From positions 544,001-608,000 of the forward strand of contig CAWBWI010000006.1 of the NCBI GenBank assembly GCA_963792585.1: 64,000 bases of DNA, in the 5' to 3' direction. Made by a program: the position numbers and the translations under genes. This document shows positions 39,289 to 48,856 of the stretch, piece by piece. Within the stretch, counting starts at the first letter, position 1. Every line of letters begins with the position of its first letter. Below the pieces are notes generated by a model that was given only the letters and a program-made list of their open reading frames with translations, did no database searches and was not told the origin of the DNA. The DNA comes from Candidatus Eiseniibacteriota bacterium. Lineage in GTDB: Bacteria > Eisenbacteria > RBG-16-71-46 > CAIMUX01 > VGJL01.

Positions 39289-41838
39289 ATGCGCCCGGAT
39301 GCGCGACCCTTCTACGGGATCCTCGCTGCGGCGATTCTCTTTTGCCTCGGTCCGTGCGCATCGCGGGCACAGACCGTCTCTCCAGGCCCGCTCTCGAAGG
39401 CGCACGCCGACCTCGAGGGGGTAAGGAACTGCACGCAGTGCCATGAACTTGGCCGCCGCGAGATCTCCGCAGATCGCTGCCTTGCCTGCCACAAGCCGCT
39501 CGGCACGCGGGTGCGCGCCGGCACAGGGTATCACGCGTCGAAGGATGTGGCGGGCACGCCCTGCGAGTCCTGCCACCACGAACATGCGGGCCGGGATCTC
39601 CGCCTCATCCGCTGGGAGCCGCCGCAGTCGGCTTTCGATCACACGAAGACCGGTTACATCCTGGAGGGGGCGCACTCCAGGCTCGCCTGCCGAGACTGTC
39701 ATGATCCTCGTGCCATCCGGGAGAGCGACGTTCGCGCCTGGATCGACCGTCACACGGCCGGCGAGACCTTTCTCGGACTCGATCGAGCTTGTGCTTCCTG
39801 TCATTTCGACGAGCACCGCGGGCAGTTCACCGGGGAGTGCTCGCGCTGCCACTCCTCCACCGCCTGGAAACCCGCCGCGGGATTCGATCACGATCGAACG
39901 CAGTACCCGCTTCGGGGCGCCCATCGTCCCGTAGCGTGCGAGCGGTGCCATCCCGCGCAGAGAGACCCCGCGTACGCCGCGAATGCACTCCCGAGACCGC
40001 GCACCGCGACCTATGCCCGATTCCACGGCGTCGCGCACGCGGAGTGCTCCGACTGCCACAAGGATCCCCACGTGGGGAGGATGGGCGGAGCCTGCGCGAC
40101 CTGCCACGTGACAGACGCCTGGTCTTCGATCGTCAAGTCCTCGAAGACCGGCGGTTTCGATCACGACAAGACACGCTATCCGCTCACCGGCCGCCACCGC
40201 GCGGTGGCCTGCGAGCGGTGTCATCCCGCGGACGCCGGGGGCAAACCCGTTCTGAGCGGCTTCGCCTTCAAGAGCTGCACCGACTGCCACGCCGACGCGC
40301 ACGCGGGGCAGGTGGCCGCCGGGGAGGGCGGGAGCGACTGCGCCCGCTGCCACGATGTCGAAGGATTCGCCCCGGCGCGATTCACATCGGCCGACCATGG
40401 CAAGACGCGCTACCCGCTGACCGGGGCGCACATCGCCGTCCCCTGCGGATCCTGCCATCCCGAGGATTCAACCATCGAGCCCGCCAAGGCGCCGCCGGGA
40501 ATCCGAAGCCGAAAGGCCGACTCCACTCGCCTCGCCTACGCGTCTATCGATCTCGAAGACTGCGCGAGCTGCCACGGCGATCCGCACGCGGGCCAGTTCT
40601 CCGTCGCGGCGGAAGCTCGGCCCGCCCGCATCTGCACTGACTGCCACGTCGTCGCGTCGTTCCACGAACTGCGATTCGACCACGCGAGGGACACGTCGTT
40701 CCCCCTGCGCGGCCGGCACGCGAAGGTCGCTTGCGTGGGCTGTCACGGCCCGCTCGGCGGCGACACGAGTTGGCGGGGACCGGACGTTGCCTGGCTCCCC
40801 AAGCGCCCGCCGGCATCCGGATCGACCGCAGCGTATCGGCTCATCCCAAACGCGTGCGCCGCTTGTCACCTCGACGTGCATCTCGGGCAATTTGACACCG
40901 ACACGAAGTGCGACTGCGCGCGCTGCCACACGGACGACGCGTTCCGCCCGGCCGCTCGCTTCGACCATGCAGGGGCTCGTTTCCAGCTATCCGGCGCGCA
41001 TGCAAAGGTGAAGTGCGAAGCCTGCCACCGAATGGTCGAGGTCCTTCCGGGGCGCAAGACGAGCCTCTACCGACCCCTCCCCACGACCTGCGAGGGATGC
41101 CACGTCGATCCGCACGCAGGGGCCTTCCGGATCGGCACCGCGGCGTGCGTCTCGTGTCATATCGCGACCACATGGACGCAGGTCGTTTTCGACCACAATC
41201 GAACCCGATTCCCGCTGGGCGCATCGCACACGGGCGTCGCGTGCGCGGCGTGCCACACATCGCCGTCGACCCTCCCGTCGATGGCCTGCGCCTCCTGCCA
41301 CGCAGATCCGCACGGGGGTCTGCTCGGCGTAGAGTGCGGGCGATGCCACGCCGGCGCCGACTTCCGCGATGGGGTGGATCTCGCCTTTCACGAGCGCACG
41401 CGCCTGCCCCTTCTGGGGCGGCACGCCGCGATCCCCTGCGCGGGGTGCCATGTGGATCGTGCTGCCGCCGATCCTGCCCGCCTCGATCCGCGCTGCTCCA
41501 GCTGCCACGAGAACGACTACCGGAGGACCGAGACGACCGGGATGTCGCACCAGGCGTGGGGGTTCGGTCGCTCGTGCGAGGACTGTCACGAGACTTTCCG
41601 TTGGGACCAGGTCGGTTTCCGCCAGCACGAGGCCTGTTTCCCGATCCGAACGGGACACCACAACGTCGCCTGCGGGGATTGCCACACGTCGCTGCCAAAG
41701 GAGCCGACGTCGGGATGCAACACGCGAACGGCGTCCTGCACGCGCTGCCATGGCTGCGGGCACCCGTCCGTCTCCGGTTTCGAGTGCAAGGATCGCAAAT
41801 GCTACGAGTGTCACCCAAGCGGCGGAGGCGGCGGATGA
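39289..41838 (+). CDS. Periplasmic multiheme cytochrome c with 30 CxxCH motifs
   Basis: Signal peptide; 30 CxxCH counted manually, arranged as 10 triheme units, most with FDH..T.(F/Y)PL.G.H. Confidence 0.95.
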   Translation: MRPDARPFYGILAAAILFCLGPCASRAQTVSPGPLSKAHADLEGVRNCTQCHELGRREISADRCLACHKPLGTRVRAGTGYHASKDVAGTPCESCHHEHAGRDLRLIRWEPPQSAFDHTKTGYILEGAHSRLACRDCHDPRAIRESDVRAWIDRHTAGETFLGLDRACASCHFDEHRGQFTGECSRCHSSTAWKPAAGFDHDRTQYPLRGAHRPVACERCHPAQRDPAYAANALPRPRTATYARFHGVAHAECSDCHKDPHVGRMGGACATCHVTDAWSSIVKSSKTGGFDHDKTRYPLTGRHRAVACERCHPADAGGKPVLSGFAFKSCTDCHADAHAGQVAAGEGGSDCARCHDVEGFAPARFTSADHGKTRYPLTGAHIAVPCGSCHPEDSTIEPAKAPPGIRSRKADSTRLAYASIDLEDCASCHGDPHAGQFSVAAEARPARICTDCHVVASFHELRFDHARDTSFPLRGRHAKVACVGCHGPLGGDTSWRGPDVAWLPKRPPASGSTAAYRLIPNACAACHLDVHLGQFDTDTKCDCARCHTDDAFRPAARFDHAGARFQLSGAHAKVKCEACHRMVEVLPGRKTSLYRPLPTTCEGCHVDPHAGAFRIGTAACVSCHIATTWTQVVFDHNRTRFPLGASHTGVACAACHTSPSTLPSMACASCHADPHGGLLGVECGRCHAGADFRDGVDLAFHERTRLPLLGRHAAIPCAGCHVDRAAADPARLDPRCSSCHENDYRRTETTGMSHQAWGFGRSCEDCHETFRWDQVGFRQHEACFPIRTGHHNVACGDCHTSLPKEPTSGCNTRTASCTRCHGCGHPSVSGFECKDRKCYECHPSGGGGG

Positions 41839-43517
41839 GAAGCGCCTTCATCGCCACCGCGATCGTCTGCCTCAGCGCCCTGTGGGCCGTCGCCGCGATC
41901 GCATCGCCGCTCGAGGGCCGCGTCGTCGGGCTCGCGGCCGACGCCGTCTACCTGGACCACGGCGGCCGCGACGGCCTGACGGTCGGATCGCTGATCATGA
42001 TCTTCCGGGATTTGGGGGACACGGCGCCACAGACGCTGACCATCTCCCGGATTGCGGATCACTTCGCGGCGGCGGGTCCAGTCCCGTCCGCCGGGGCGAT
42101 CGCGGTGGGCGCCCAATGGAGTCTCGTCGGCGGGATCGACGCCGAATTGGAACTCCATGCGAAGACGCCGGTTCCCCCTGAGCCGCTCCCGGATCCCGAA
42201 CTCCTCGCCGCGCGCTGGAAAGAAGCGCTCGCGGCGCCGCCACCGCTGATCGCATTCCATGGAGAACACCCCGCGCAGGCACGCGCGCCGCGAGGCGTGC
42301 GTATCCACGCGGCCGCGCTCTCCTATCCGACGAACACGAGCGCCTCGGGAAGCTACCAAGGGGGAAGGCTGGACCTGCGCTCGGCGGGAGGGATTTCACG
42401 GCGGACGGGGGTGGCGTATCGGATCGATCTCGATCTGGCGGGATGGGCGCAACGTTCCGACTTCTCGCGCCTGCGTCCCGCCGCCGACCCGTACCTGCTT
42501 GTCCGCGACCTCGCCATGGAGATCGCTCCGCCCGGGGGCGCCGTCCGCGCGACCGCTGGAAGATTTCGCACAGCGCAGTCGTTCGCAGGACCCATGATCG
42601 ACGGATTCGCCGCATCCCTTTCGCGGGAGTCGACGGGCGACGCCGTCGCTTCCCCGCCATCGAGACCGCCCGCAAGTGAGATTGGCGTCTACGGCGGTCT
42701 CCTTCCCGACCCTCTGACCCTCCGACCCGATTCGAAACGCACGGCCCTGGGCGCGTTCGCCTCGACAACGGCGGCCGTCTCCGAAAAAACCACCGGCCGC
42801 CTCGGCGCATCGCTCGAGATGCGCCGATTCAAGGGCGCGTCCTATGAGACGGGACGGTTCCGCCTCAACCTGGACCGCGCGGCGGGGATGGGCATCGAGG
42901 CGGGCGCCGCCGCTTGGCGTGAGTCATCCACCCTGCGCTTCGGCGACGCCCACGCATCGATCCGGGGATCCAAGGCGGCGCGATCCTATTGGCTCCTCTA
43001 CCGGGAGAGCGAGACCGCGTTCGACGCGAAACAGCGCGAAGCGATCCTCGATGTCTTCGGCGCTGAGGCGAATCCCACGCACAGGGCCCGCCGCGCCGAG
43101 GCGGGGCTATCGTGGACGAGATCCGAGAAGACGCGCGTGAGCGCAGTGGCCGGTCACGCGGGAGGCGACGGCGGTCTGAATCGCTGGATCCTCGAGCCGA
43201 CGGTCGAGGTGCGCCGTGAACTGTGGGCGCTTCGCACCTGGCGCTTCGGCTACCGCGGCTCCTTCGGCTGGCAGGAGGGGCACGAGGCCGATCTCGGCGG
43301 TCTCTTCGTCTTCGGAGCGTGGAGGTTCGACCTGCGACTCGGTGGCGGCGTCCTGCACCAGGGCAAGGCGCTGCGAACCACCCCGATCGGTCGTGGCTTC
43401 TTCAACTTGCGCCGTCCGATCGGCGAAAGCGGATCGCTTTCCCTGAACGCCTCCGGCAACGGCACCCTCCACTACGTCGGCGGCGCGGCGCGGCTGGCCT
43501 TCTCGAAGAGGTTCTAA
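41835..43517 (+). CDS. Putative outer-membrane beta-barrel protein with an N-terminal periplasmic domain
   Basis: ATGA overlap with the cytochrome stop, signal peptide, alternating beta-strand pattern, terminal RLAFSKRF. Confidence 0.7.
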   Translation: MRSAFIATAIVCLSALWAVAAIASPLEGRVVGLAADAVYLDHGGRDGLTVGSLIMIFRDLGDTAPQTLTISRIADHFAAAGPVPSAGAIAVGAQWSLVGGIDAELELHAKTPVPPEPLPDPELLAARWKEALAAPPPLIAFHGEHPAQARAPRGVRIHAAALSYPTNTSASGSYQGGRLDLRSAGGISRRTGVAYRIDLDLAGWAQRSDFSRLRPAADPYLLVRDLAMEIAPPGGAVRATAGRFRTAQSFAGPMIDGFAASLSRESTGDAVASPPSRPPASEIGVYGGLLPDPLTLRPDSKRTALGAFASTTAAVSEKTTGRLGASLEMRRFKGASYETGRFRLNLDRAAGMGIEAGAAAWRESSTLRFGDAHASIRGSKAARSYWLLYRESETAFDAKQREAILDVFGAEANPTHRARRAEAGLSWTRSEKTRVSAVAGHAGGDGGLNRWILEPTVEVRRELWALRTWRFGYRGSFGWQEGHEADLGGLFVFGAWRFDLRLGGGVLHQGKALRTTPIGRGFFNLRRPIGESGSLSLNASGNGTLHYVGGAARLAFSKRF

Positions 43518-43519
43518 AG

Positions 43520-44752
43520 GTGGATCGCTTCCTTCGAATCGCACTGCGCGCGCTCCCTGCCGGCATCGTCCTGCTCTGCGCGGGATGCTGGGGCGGGGGC
43601 GATTTTCCGCCCCTCGAGCGCCACGCCATCGCCGCATCGAACCACGGTCCCTATTTCCCGATCGGCGCGACAGACGTGCACCACGGCCTGGACTGCCTGG
43701 CCTGCCACGGGGGAACGGCGAGCTTCCTCGAGTTCACCTGCATCACCTGTCATGACCACGCGCAGGAGGTTACGGATCCCCAGCATCTCGGAATCCAGGA
43801 CTACGCCTACGGTCCGTCGACGTGCTACGGCTGTCACCCCAACGGATCCATCACGGGCGTGGACCATGCGTCGTTCTTTCCCATCACGGAGGAGACGAGG
43901 CACGCCGGCATACGCTGCGTCGCCTGCCATCCGCAGCCGACGGATCGCAAGGTGTTCACCTGTACGGAGTGCCACGATCACCGAGCGGAGATCAGCGATC
44001 CGGGTCATGCCGCCGTGGCCGGTTACGAATACGCCGACTCGGCCTGCTACCGGTGCCATCCCACGGGCGAGGCCATGACCCGCGTCCTACACGAATCGTT
44101 TTTCCCGATTCTCGCCGGCGCCCACGATGCCACCGCGTGCGCCGACTGTCACACCGACCCGAACAGCTTCGGCACCTACGACTGCATCGACTGCCACGAC
44201 CATCGGCAAGAGGTCAGCGACCCGGCACACGCGAACGTCCAGGGGTACAGCTTCGTCAGCACCGAGTGCTTCCGCTGTCATCCTACCGGCGAGTCGCTGA
44301 CACGATCGCAGCACACTCCGTTCTTCCCGATTCTGACCGGGCCTCACAGCACGACCCCCTGTGCGGATTGCCACACGGTATCAGGCGACTTCCGGACATA
44401 CGCATGTATCGAGTGTCACGACCACCGGCAGGAGATCACCGACCCCGCGCACGCTGGAGTCGCGGGTTACAGCTTCGTGAGCGCGGAGTGCCTCCGCTGT
44501 CATCCTACCGGCGAGTCGCTCAGCCGCGAGGAGCACGACCCCTTCTTCCCGATCCTGACAGGCCGGCACGGAGACATCGCCTGCGCGGAGTGCCACACCA
44601 TGACGGGGACATTCCGGGCGTACGAATGCATCGAATGTCACACGCACGAGTGCACTCGATCGAATAGCGAGCACCGCGAAGTCTCGGGTTACTCCTGCGT
44701 GAGCACGGAATGCTACCGTTGCCACCCGCGAGGAACAGAGGACGACTTCTAG
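43520..44752 (+). CDS. Multiheme cytochrome c lipoprotein with 15 CxxCH motifs
   Basis: GTG start, lipobox-like LCAGC, five triheme repeats. Confidence 0.93.
   Translation: MDRFLRIALRALPAGIVLLCAGCWGGGDFPPLERHAIAASNHGPYFPIGATDVHHGLDCLACHGGTASFLEFTCITCHDHAQEVTDPQHLGIQDYAYGPSTCYGCHPNGSITGVDHASFFPITEETRHAGIRCVACHPQPTDRKVFTCTECHDHRAEISDPGHAAVAGYEYADSACYRCHPTGEAMTRVLHESFFPILAGAHDATACADCHTDPNSFGTYDCIDCHDHRQEVSDPAHANVQGYSFVSTECFRCHPTGESLTRSQHTPFFPILTGPHSTTPCADCHTVSGDFRTYACIECHDHRQEITDPAHAGVAGYSFVSAECLRCHPTGESLSREEHDPFFPILTGRHGDIACAECHTMTGTFRAYECIECHTHECTRSNSEHREVSGYSCVSTECYRCHPRGTEDDF
43640..44740 (+). repeat. Five tandem 222-nt (74-aa) coding repeats
   Basis: First Cys codon of each unit at 43694, 43916, 44138, 44360 and 44582, an exact 222-nt period. 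Confidence 0.9.
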
Positions 44753-44774
44753 TCGCGGCCCTGAGTCGCGCCCG

Positions 44775-46472
44775 TCAGCGGAGCAGAATCAGCTTCGACC
44801 GTCCCCGGCGCGCACCCTGATCCGCGATCACGTAGTAGATGCCCGCCGCCGCGGGAAGCCCCCCATGGCCCCTCGGGTCCCACGTCATCCCTGCGCGCGC
44901 GGCCACGCGTCGATCCAGCAAGACGCGGCCGCCGGGATCGACGATCCGCAATCGGACGGTTTCCGCGGTCGGCATGTTCCACTGCAACACCACGGAACCG
45001 CCTGCCGGATTGGGACTGATCGAGAGGCCCGGGATCGCCGACACGTCGTCGTCCATGACCGTCGCCGGATCCCGCTGCCCGGGTTCCGCCCAGATTGCCC
45101 ACGCATACGTCGGTCGCGTGTCCTGGCTCACGAGCACGGGATCCCCTGCCGGCATCACCGCGATGATCGGTCGGTCCGACGCAGCTCCGGTCGCGTCGTC
45201 GTCGACCCGCTGCGGAACGCTCCAGGTGAGGCCGCCGTCGGTCGATGCACGGAAGTAGGTGTTCCAATCGGATGCATATCCCGGCCACGCGGCGAGGAGA
45301 TCGTCGGCGATCCCGCCGGACAGCGTCGGGCAGACGCCCGAGCCGGTCGCGGGTTCGCTCAGGGCGACGCTGGCTCCCCAGGTCGCCCCATGATCGGTCG
45401 AGCGACTCACGCGCATCTCACTCGGCCCGACGAAGTCGTCGTTGTACCAGCCGATCGCGATTGCGCCGGTCGAGGTCGTCGCGATCACGCGCTTGGCGGC
45501 CTGCTGGTAGTAGTCGGTGAGGTCGTTGACCCGGACGTTCGGATTCGACCAGGTCACGCCGCCGTCGGTCGACCGGGCGAAGAAGACGTTCGGGTAGCGG
45601 CCCGTCGGCACGTTGCCGCGCCAATCGTTCCATACGCATAGCAGGGCGGGCGGATTCGACGCGTCGTGCGCGTCGACCGCGAGACACGGGTCTCCCGCGA
45701 CCGGCTGGTAGCCGATCCGATCGGAGATGCGCACCTCGTCGTTCCACGTCAACCCGCCGTCGGGCGAGGCGCGGAACCAAACCTGATAGAAGACCCCATC
45801 CCTCCAGTCGGTCCAGGCGACGTAAAGACGCCCGAACCGGTCCGCGGCGAGGCTCGGGTGCATGTACGACCCCGCATCGGTCGAGCCCCCCATCGTGTTG
45901 ATCCGCACCGATGCGCTCCAATCGAAACGTCCCGCGCCCGGATTCCAGATCCCGTGCGCGAAATAGACGTTCCAGTTCCAGCCGCCCGCGCGCACGTCCT
46001 CCCAGACCGCACCGATGCGATCGGGGCCGAGGGTCGCGATGCTCACGAAGCGCGCCATCGCTCCGGCGGGCGCGTCGTCGAGCCGCTGGTCCGCGGACCA
46101 GGCATGCCCGCCGTCGATCGAGTGCGATCCGTAGATGTGGTAGGTGCCGGTGCGGTCGTCCATCCAGGTCGCGTAGAGCTTGCCGTCGGGAAGGGCGACG
46201 ACGTCGGGCCAGAGCCGGTTCGCGGCATCCCCCCCGGAGACCGGGACATTGGGTCCGAAGGTCCAATCGGCGCGGTCGCCCGGCAGCCCCTCCGCCGTCG
46301 CCTCCCCCCACGAGGGTGTGTCCACGCGGAGCGCATGCCGCGTTCCGTTGCGCGTGTCGAGGTAGTAGGCCGAGGCCGGCGCCGCAGCCACGGCGAGCAA
46401 GAACAGGGCGTTTAAGCAGCGACCCGGGGCTTGGGGAAGAAATCCGATGCGCATCGGTGTCTCCTTGTTCAT
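44775..46472 (-). CDS. Secreted BNR/Asp-box (sialidase-like) repeat protein with C-terminal sorting-like domain
   Basis: Repeated SxDGGxTW boxes, WxDxR motifs, ISPNP...GIYYV tail. Confidence 0.85.
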   Translation of the reverse strand: MNKETPMRIGFLPQAPGRCLNALFLLAVAAAPASAYYLDTRNGTRHALRVDTPSWGEATAEGLPGDRADWTFGPNVPVSGGDAANRLWPDVVALPDGKLYATWMDDRTGTYHIYGSHSIDGGHAWSADQRLDDAPAGAMARFVSIATLGPDRIGAVWEDVRAGGWNWNVYFAHGIWNPGAGRFDWSASVRINTMGGSTDAGSYMHPSLAADRFGRLYVAWTDWRDGVFYQVWFRASPDGGLTWNDEVRISDRIGYQPVAGDPCLAVDAHDASNPPALLCVWNDWRGNVPTGRYPNVFFARSTDGGVTWSNPNVRVNDLTDYYQQAAKRVIATTSTGAIAIGWYNDDFVGPSEMRVSRSTDHGATWGASVALSEPATGSGVCPTLSGGIADDLLAAWPGYASDWNTYFRASTDGGLTWSVPQRVDDDATGAASDRPIIAVMPAGDPVLVSQDTRPTYAWAIWAEPGQRDPATVMDDDVSAIPGLSISPNPAGGSVVLQWNMPTAETVRLRIVDPGGRVLLDRRVAARAGMTWDPRGHGGLPAAAGIYYVIADQGARRGRSKLILLR

Positions 46473-46588
46473 ACCGCGGATGTCACGTCACTCGGCCGTT
46501 CACAAAGGGGACCGGTCGATCACCATCCTCCCCCACGGCAAGGCCGGCGAGCGAACCGTCGCCGGCCGAGCATCCGTGGCATGCGGGA

Positions 46589-47326
46589 TCAGATCCGACC
46601 CGGTTTTCTCGCACAGACATACGCGGCCTCTGTGTACTCCGATGTCCTGTATCCACTCGTGCCCATGATCCGGGCATCCACCAGACCGGCAGCTCGAAGA
46701 CCTTCCAGGTAGGACCTACCCGGCACCGCTCCGCTGATTCAGCCTGACCAAGCAAACTGGTCATCGCGGAGGTTTTCGGGCAGATCCTTGATCAGGATCA
46801 GATCCGCCGCCTGGAATCGCCCCTCGGGTCGAAGAACCCGGGCGATCTCCGCGTAGACCGGCTCCTTGCACGCGGCCAGATTCAGGACGCCGTTGGAGAT
46901 GACCAGATCGGCCCATCCGGAATCCACAGGCAGGGCCTCGGCCTGGCCCTCCACGAATGCAACGTTCGGCAGATCGCCGGCCTCGACCCCGGACCTTGCT
47001 ACATCGAGCATCTCGGGGCTCATGTCCACGCCGATCACCCGGCCTGTCGGCCCGACGTAGTGCGCCGCGACCTGGCAGTCGACGCCGCTTCCACAGCCCA
47101 CGTCCACGATGCGCCAACCCGGCTGCGGCTCCCCGAGGGAGAACGGATTGCCGACTCCCACGAAGTGCCGGGTCGCGTCCGGGGAGACGCGATCCATGAA
47201 GTCGGCGCGATAGCCGAGCCGCTCCGCACTCTCCCTACCGACCGGATACTTGAATTGCCCCACGGGTTGAGCGGCGACGGCGGCGTACCGGCGGCGGATG
47301 GCGTCCCGGATCTCATTCTCATTCAT
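46589..47326 (-). CDS. Selenocysteine-containing ArsM-like SAM-dependent methyltransferase (245 aa with read-through)
   Basis: GVGNP, VDVGCGSG, IGVDMS, ISNGVLNL. In-frame TGA at 46739-46741 gives WSG-U-ISGA, followed by 49 more sense codons ending in ARKPGRI. Confidence 0.85.
46705..46723 (-). promoter_or_regulatory. Bacterial SECIS element of the methyltransferase
   Basis: CCGGGUAG-GUC-CUACCUGG hairpin starting 15 nt after the UGA. Confidence 0.7.
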
Positions 47327-47354
47327 CGAGACCCCGTCTCCTTTGCGTCCGAGC

Positions 47355-47915
47355 CTAGCCCTCGGTCTGTTCCTTGAGACTGTCGAGCGCCGAAGCCCAG
47401 TAGGCCTTCATCTTCTTGGCGGCAGCCGCCGACGGGAGCTTCGCGTGCTGCACGACGACCATGCACTTCCCCGTGCCCTTGGCGGAGAACGCGACATTGA
47501 CATCGCTCTTGCCGTCGACCCACGTGAACCGAAGCGACTTCCCCGCGGTCGATCTGCGTATCGTAAAAGCCGTGTCCGGAAGCCACCGCTTCCTCTTGCG
47601 CGCATCGCTCCAGGCTGCGAAGAGATGCTCGACCGTGCCGGCGGCGGTTCTGCTGACGCTGATCTCGAAGCCGCCCGGCTTCTCGTGCGGCGCACGCAGG
47701 CCGCGCGCCTGCTCGTACGAGACCGCCACCATCTGACGCCACCAACCCCCGACGCCGTGATTCTCCGCCAGCCAGGCGACGATTTCGCGGTGGTTCAGCT
47801 TCGCCGCCCCGGCCTCGTCCAGGGCCGCGTACCACTCCTTCCATGATTTTCCGGTGCTCGCGCGGACCGCGTCGTCGCCGATGCGAAGTCCCGTCGCGTT
47901 CGTCCTTGTGGGCAT
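47355..47915 (-). CDS. DUF4287-like domain protein with an SRPBCC-like C-terminus
   Basis: AVRASTGKSWKEW, HREIVAWL, GWWRQMVAVSYEQARGLR, VVVQHAKL. Confidence 0.7.
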   Translation of the reverse strand: MPTRTNATGLRIGDDAVRASTGKSWKEWYAALDEAGAAKLNHREIVAWLAENHGVGGWWRQMVAVSYEQARGLRAPHEKPGGFEISVSRTAAGTVEHLFAAWSDARKRKRWLPDTAFTIRRSTAGKSLRFTWVDGKSDVNVAFSAKGTGKCMVVVQHAKLPSAAAAKKMKAYWASALDSLKEQTEG

Positions 47916-47926
47916 CTCCAAGCCCC

Positions 47927-48856
47927 CTATTTCGGCCGCTTCCTGAGAACCAGGCGGAACGAGTGCACGCCGAGTTCGTCGTCCGACAGGTTTCGGAACT
48001 CGGGCGCCAGACCGCGCCGCGCGCGCGCGATCGCGCGATCGGACAAGCGATGAATCTGCTGGTTGTCGACGACGTCCCAACCAACCTCGCGAAAACACTC
48101 CACGTAGCGGCCGCTTCTCCAGCGGTTCGGGGTGCCGGGGAAACTCAACGCCCCATAGACTCCGCCGCCGTATCGCAGAATGTTCAGCGGATCGGCGTCC
48201 CGCAGCCACGGCGTATGCGTCGCGGCGTCGACATGGTGGAGGGCGATCGCGCCGGGCGCGCACCATCCGCTCAGCGCGACGAGGAGCGGCCTCGGATCGG
48301 CGACGTGCTCGAGGGCCGCGTGCGACAGCCACAGGTCGCGCGACGGCGCCTCCTGTGGAAGACCATCAGCGATTCCCCCCTCCAGGAGGACGTATCGGAG
48401 CGCGCCGCCGGCATCGCCCCGCCGGAACGACTGGTACGCCTCGACCGCGCGCCAGACATCGGGGGCGTCGGCGAGTCTGTGGAGCAGCGCATCGTAAAAC
48501 GTATCCGGCGTCGATCCCAGCAACGGGAAACGGTCGACCGCGACATAGGAAGCAGCGCCGTTCGCGAGGAGGACGAGCCCCGTCCCCAGGTCGGGCCCGG
48601 GTCCGAGTTCGAGCACGTGGCGGCCGCGGAGCCACGGATCCAGGCCCGCGTCCCGGAAGCCGGTCTGCCAGTTCTTGAAGAGCGCGAAAACGTAATCGAC
48701 GCTTCGGTCGACATCCTTCGCGGACCAGGGGCGGGGCCGATCGTAGCGGCGGAACGTGCGGCGAACCTTGTTCGCCGCCATCATCGCCAGGCCCGCGGCG
48801 TGCAGGATCGCGCCCGGCCGCTCCTTCGGTTCGTGGATCTGCGGTTTGCTCGGCAT
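47927..48856 (-). CDS. Class I SAM-dependent methyltransferase
   Basis: VLELGPGPDLG, AVDRF, SHAALEHV, PNRWR. Confidence 0.8.
   Translation of the reverse strand: MPSKPQIHEPKERPGAILHAAGLAMMAANKVRRTFRRYDRPRPWSAKDVDRSVDYVFALFKNWQTGFRDAGLDPWLRGRHVLELGPGPDLGTGLVLLANGAASYVAVDRFPLLGSTPDTFYDALLHRLADAPDVWRAVEAYQSFRRGDAGGALRYVLLEGGIADGLPQEAPSRDLWLSHAALEHVADPRPLLVALSGWCAPGAIALHHVDAATHTPWLRDADPLNILRYGGGVYGALSFPGTPNRWRSGRYVECFREVGWDVVDNQQIHRLSDRAIARARRGLAPEFRNLSDDELGVHSFRLVLRKRPK

Noticed and set aside
43640..44740. Periodic DNA as a CRISPR array
   Set aside because: The period is 222 nt, in frame and protein coding, with no spacers and no cas genes.
46542..46567. GGCCGGCGA-N8-TCGCCGGCC hairpin after the methyltransferase
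   Set aside because: GC-only stem with no U-tract in a high-GC genome; cannot be called a terminator with confidence.
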